A stretch of DNA of 52,188 nt, filler included, from Sphacelaria rigidula (lineage: Eukaryota), in NCBI GenBank assembly GCA_964200075.2. It is 4 parts of 4 records of this genome, joined end to end, with 100 filler letters (N's around TTAATTAATTAA, not from the genome) between each part and the next. Parts side by side here need not be neighbours in the genome. Positions count along the whole stretch, not along the records: positions 39,218 to 52,188 come from CAXNAA020003259.1; 3 more parts are not named here. One strand, written 5' to 3'. Of the stretch, positions 48,339 through 52,188 are shown piece by piece. Below the pieces are notes generated by a model. It worked only from the letters and a program-made list of their open reading frames with translations, made no database searches and had not been told where the DNA came from. The translations under genes and the position numbers were made by a program. Numbering within the stretch: the first letter of the stretch is position 1; each line of letters starts with the position of its first letter.

Positions 48339-50771
48339 ATGCACCCGGAAAAATCGGGCGCGAACATGCGCATTCGCCCGGCAAAAACGTGTCTCGAAGA
48401 CGGCTGCTCCAACCATCCGGTATTCGGTGTGGTGGGTTCCAAGAAGAGGGACTTCTGCCCTCAACATGCGAGAGCAGGGATGGTGGAGAAGATCCAGTAT
48501 AATTTGTGCAAAGAAAAGTCCTGTTCGATAACGGCGGTTTACGGTGTAGCGGGCAGTAGAAGAAGGGAGTTCTGTGCCCGACACGCAAGGCCGGAGATGG
48601 TCAGCCTCTGCAAAAAAGCTTGTCGTAAGAGGGGTTGCCACACATCACCTTCGCAGGGTGTCATCGGTAGCAAGATTCCGCAGTTCTGCTCCAAGCATGC
48701 GAAAAAGGGAATGGTGAACGTGGTGAGCAAACGGTGCGGTGAAAGCGGCTGCAACAAGCTTCCTTCATACGGTGTCGAAGGTAGCAGGAAGAACGCAGAG
48801 TTCTGCCTCGCACATGCGAAGGAGGGGATGGTCAACGTCGTGAGTTTGAGGTGCGTTGAGGAGGGCTGCTCCAAAACCCCGACGTACGGTGTCACTCAGG
48901 ACGGTCGACGGAGATTCTGCGCCCAGCACGCGGAGGCGGGAATGCTTAGTATTGGGGGCGAGAGGTGCTGCGAGGAGGGTTGCGAGACAAGACCGTCGTA
49001 TGGTGCACCGGGCAGCACGAGACCGAAGTTTTGCGTCCATCACGCCAAAACGGGAATGGTACGTGTTTTGAATGGCTCGTGTGCACGTGAAGGCTGCTCG
49101 AGAAGACGGTCGTACGGGGTCGCCGGTTCAGGAAAGGCCGAGTTCTGCGCCGCCCACGCCAAGGCGGGGATGATCAGTCTCGTGAACCGAAAATGTGCCG
49201 AAGAGGGCTGTTTCAAGGTTCCTTCCTATGGCGTCGCTGGGAGCATGAAGCCAGAGTTCTGTGTCAAGCATGCCAAGACAGGGATGACTCGTGCGACGGG
49301 TGAGTCGGATTTGTGTTCCAGCGAAGACTGCTCGACGAGGCCGTCGTACGGCGTCCCTGGTGGGAAGCCTGAATTCTGCGCCGCACACGCCAAGGCAGGG
49401 ATGATCAATGTCGTAAGCTACACATGTGCAGAAGAGGGCTGCTACACATCACCGACCTACGGCGTTGCTGGTAGCAAAAAAGCAGAGTTCTGCGCCAAAC
49501 ACGCAAGAGCAAAGATGGTCGACGTCCAGAACAAGAAGTGCGACAACGATGGCTGCTCGACGAGGGCGTCGTATGGAGTACCGGGCAGCAAAGTGGAGTT
49601 CTGTGCCAAGCATGCAAGGGCAGGGATGGCAAACCTCAAAGACACAAAGACGTGCGAAGAGAAGGACTGCTCCATCTTTCCGTCGTTCGGCGTCGCTGGC
49701 AGCAAGATGCCGCAGTTCTGCGCTCGGCATGCTTCGCCAGGGATGATCAACGTCGTCAACAAAAAATGCTCGGGGGAGGGTTGCTCGAAGATTCCGTCTT
49801 TCGGCGTACCTGGTAGCAAAAACAAGGAGTTCTGCTCCATCCACGCCAGACCGGGGATGGTTGACATCGCGAACAGAAAGTGCAGCAGCAAAGGCTGCAC
49901 GACGAGGCCGCATTTTGGTGTTCCGGGTAGCCGGAGAGCGGAGTTCTGCGCCACGCATGCCCCGGCGGGGATGGTCAGTATGTCTATTTGGCGCAGCAAG
50001 ACCAACAACAACAAGAGCCGCTCCGCCCAAGATGACGACTCTGGTGATGCAAAGCATTGTAGACAGCGTGCAGCAGCGACTGTGCAACAAGAGGCGAGCA
50101 ATGCGCCCGATCCAGCAGAGCTTTGTCGGGATGGAGGTGGTCCTGACCGGAGTGACCCGGCGAGGGATGGTGCAACCGGCGGGGTCGTTGCTGGTGGACG
50201 GGGACGAAAACGCAGTCGTCCTGCTCAGGATGCTGACAATGATGCTGGTTCAGCGTCACAACGCCCCCGTGCTGGGTCCCGCCGCAGTGTGCGTTGTGCA
50301 AGTGGCGGCACGCAGGGTGATGGTGTACCCCCGCGATCGTCACTGCTGTTGGTGTCACGGCAGCCCGCCCCAACAATAGTCGATCAAGTGTCCAACGGCG
50401 GGACATCGGAGGGTCAGATTAAGTTCGAGGCGACGGTCGAACCTGCCGTTGTTTCTGAGCGTCTCCGCGGTAGCACGGAGCAACTGCTGCGCAGCAGCGA
50501 GACACATCGTAACGGAACGCAGCGGGGCGAGTTGTCATTTGGCCCTTCTTCAAGTAGTAGCAGTAGAAGTGGTGGAAGCGGAAGTTCTTCGAGAAGCAGC
50601 AGTAGCAGCAAAAGTGGCAGAACAAAATCGGTCAGTAGGAATGACACCGGGGCAACGCCGGCGAAACACCCAGCCACAGAAATACAGGTTGTGGATGACG
50701 AGATTGTGTGTGGATCGGCAGATGCGCACGTGAAGTTGGAGTGGCCCGCACCGGCTCCTCATCATTCGTAG
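48339..50771 (+). CDS. EsV-1-7 repeat protein: 14 tandem C-x4-C-x4,5-(Y/F)G-x7-9-FC-x2-H-x4-M units plus disordered C-terminus (810 aa from the first ATG)
   Basis: Uninterrupted ORF 48246-50771; first ATG at 48339; repeats span 48390-49973 and match the EsV-1-7 cysteine-rich motif. An upstream exon splicing to the TAG at 48319-48321 cannot be excluded. Confidence 0.93.
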   Translation: MHPEKSGANMRIRPAKTCLEDGCSNHPVFGVVGSKKRDFCPQHARAGMVEKIQYNLCKEKSCSITAVYGVAGSRRREFCARHARPEMVSLCKKACRKRGCHTSPSQGVIGSKIPQFCSKHAKKGMVNVVSKRCGESGCNKLPSYGVEGSRKNAEFCLAHAKEGMVNVVSLRCVEEGCSKTPTYGVTQDGRRRFCAQHAEAGMLSIGGERCCEEGCETRPSYGAPGSTRPKFCVHHAKTGMVRVLNGSCAREGCSRRRSYGVAGSGKAEFCAAHAKAGMISLVNRKCAEEGCFKVPSYGVAGSMKPEFCVKHAKTGMTRATGESDLCSSEDCSTRPSYGVPGGKPEFCAAHAKAGMINVVSYTCAEEGCYTSPTYGVAGSKKAEFCAKHARAKMVDVQNKKCDNDGCSTRASYGVPGSKVEFCAKHARAGMANLKDTKTCEEKDCSIFPSFGVAGSKMPQFCARHASPGMINVVNKKCSGEGCSKIPSFGVPGSKNKEFCSIHARPGMVDIANRKCSSKGCTTRPHFGVPGSRRAEFCATHAPAGMVSMSIWRSKTNNNKSRSAQDDDSGDAKHCRQRAAATVQQEASNAPDPAELCRDGGGPDRSDPARDGATGGVVAGGRGRKRSRPAQDADNDAGSASQRPRAGSRRSVRCASGGTQGDGVPPRSSLLLVSRQPAPTIVDQVSNGGTSEGQIKFEATVEPAVVSERLRGSTEQLLRSSETHRNGTQRGELSFGPSSSSSSRSGGSGSSSRSSSSSKSGRTKSVSRNDTGATPAKHPATEIQVVDDEIVCGSADAHVKLEWPAPAPHHS

Positions 50772-51267
50772 GGGTAGCCGCAGTAATTACGTCACACTTT
50801 CCACGATAGCCCCCCCCCAAAAGAATGCATGTTTTTGGGAGGCAAAACCTTCACGTAAATCTAAATGGGAAAAGCTAACAACAGCGAGCAGCTGGGAATT
50901 CCCACGCTTGGGTTCGTTCTACCCAATGTCGCCAATATGAGGCGCTTCATGCAGACTGAAACCAAACGTCAGGCGCTCTATGGTCATTTTTTTCGTGACA
51001 CTGTTGGGCTGGTTTTGGTGGGGGGGGGCTAAAGTGGAACGTGTCACATTCGTACCCCCTGCTAAGCTGTCTACCCTGTAAAAATATATACGAAGTACAC
51101 GATGCGAACACAGACTCGCGATGGATCGAGTGGACGCTGTCTGTGCAGGTAGTTTGTTTGTACTGTGTGGGCTCTGTTGTTCTAGTGAGTGAGCATCTTT
51201 CATTCATTTTTTCGCGTGGGATCGGTCATAGATGCGCACATTGTAGTTGCGTCTTCTGTGTGTGTAT

Positions 51268-51480
51268 GTGTTGTCGTGCCATCTATTCTGGGCGCTGGTC
51301 TACACCTTTCGGTATATGTGGGCGCACCAGCCGGGGTTACACAGGAGGAAGGTCAAGACAGGAATTTTTTCTTTTTTGTTTGTTTTTGGTACCCCACCTT
51401 CCTTCTGCGGTGCTCGCCTCCATTTTTTTATTGCGAGAGGGGTTCAGCAGTCCCTTCCCCTCCTCGACCGTCACGTCGAA
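51268..51480 (-). mobile_element. 5'-truncated copy of the tRNA-derived SINE
   Basis: CCATCTATTCTGG...GTGGGCGCACCAGCCGGGGT-ACACAGGAGGAAGGTCAA...GCGAGAGGGGTTCAGCAGTCCCTT is nearly identical to 33770-33955. Confidence 0.8.
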
Positions 51481-52188
51481 TTATACGCGAAGGATTTTAT
51501 CCATATATAGTTAAGGATGTTATCCATGCATATTTATATATTCGTGCATATATGCAAAGTGGTGAGTAGGCGCAAGTTGCTGTGTCTTGGATTATGCTGG
51601 ATACATACCGTGGCTTTGCTGTCTTTCCTTTCCTCTTTTCTTCTGAATACTCTGTTGGCAGATGTGAGGGGTTTGTTTTTACCTCACCCCGATGAAATCG
51701 GGGAAAGCTACGATATTTATCTTCTGTTTTCTTGGCGTCTCTCTTGATGATTTTTATTTGGTGCTCCTTTATCAGGTTTGTTTCTCTCTTCTCCGGAGTA
51801 TCGGAAGGAACGACGAGAAGTCTGTCTCTTGTAGGGAGTAGCAGGGACGGTATTTTGAAAAACGAGCCCACGTCTGTGACCACGGGTTCGAGAGGTTGAG
51901 CGAATGTGCGGAAACAATGATGGCAATAAAAATAGCAAATGTCTTTTTATTTTATAAGTTGACTGCAAGTTCAGGGATTTGATCCGTCGCAATTCTTGAG
52001 AATCGTACATCGGCGTTTGTTGCTTTCAGATCATGCATCCAAGGACCAACTATTATTGATAATGTTCACCTTTGACCGCCAGGGTTACGAATCAGTCACG
52101 CAGCACTTTTTCAAAACAGCGAATCATCTATGTTGAGGATGGTACTTTTTGTTGAGGATGAAACACAGTCGGAAAAACCTCGCGCAAC

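Noticed and set aside
48261-50101. Several repetitive minus-strand ORFs (e.g. 49457-50101)
   Set aside because: Antisense shadows of the EsV-1-7 repeats.
39218-52188. Endogenous phaeovirus/NCLDV insertion around the EsV-1-7 gene
   Set aside because: No capsid, polymerase, integrase or gene-dense intronless neighbourhood; flanks are host retroelements.

Overview
Eukaryotic, intron- and repeat-rich DNA, most likely from a brown alga (Phaeophyceae). That assignment is inferred from an EsV-1-7 repeat protein, a bipartite plastid-targeting presequence and the retroelement content. The window is not one locus. It is four contigs (1-12973, 13074-26045, 26146-39117, 39218-52188; 12973/12972/12972/12971 bp) joined by artificial N44-TTAATTAATTAA-N44 linkers. 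Contig 1 holds the 3' end of a coiled-coil gene (+), a divergent CFAP20/BUG22-family gene (-) and, apparently head-to-head with it, the 5' end of a SPATA17-like IQ gene (+). Contig 2 holds a complete six-exon plastid CCB2/CCB4-family gene (+) converging on the 3' part of an ACT-domain homoserine dehydrogenase gene (-). Contig 3 has no recognisable gene. It is filled with piggyBac-type MITEs, foldback elements, tRNA-headed SINEs and about 8 copies of a repeat with a telomere-like head. Contig 4 holds a tandem array of palindromic units, a fragmented RTE-type LINE and an uninterrupted ORF with 14 EsV-1-7 Cys3-His repeats plus NLS-, SUMO- and SIM-like motifs. That protein is the most interesting item: a possible modular, zinc-finger-array-like sequence reader. 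All exon models were derived by eye from GT-AG sites and phase matching; no searches were run.
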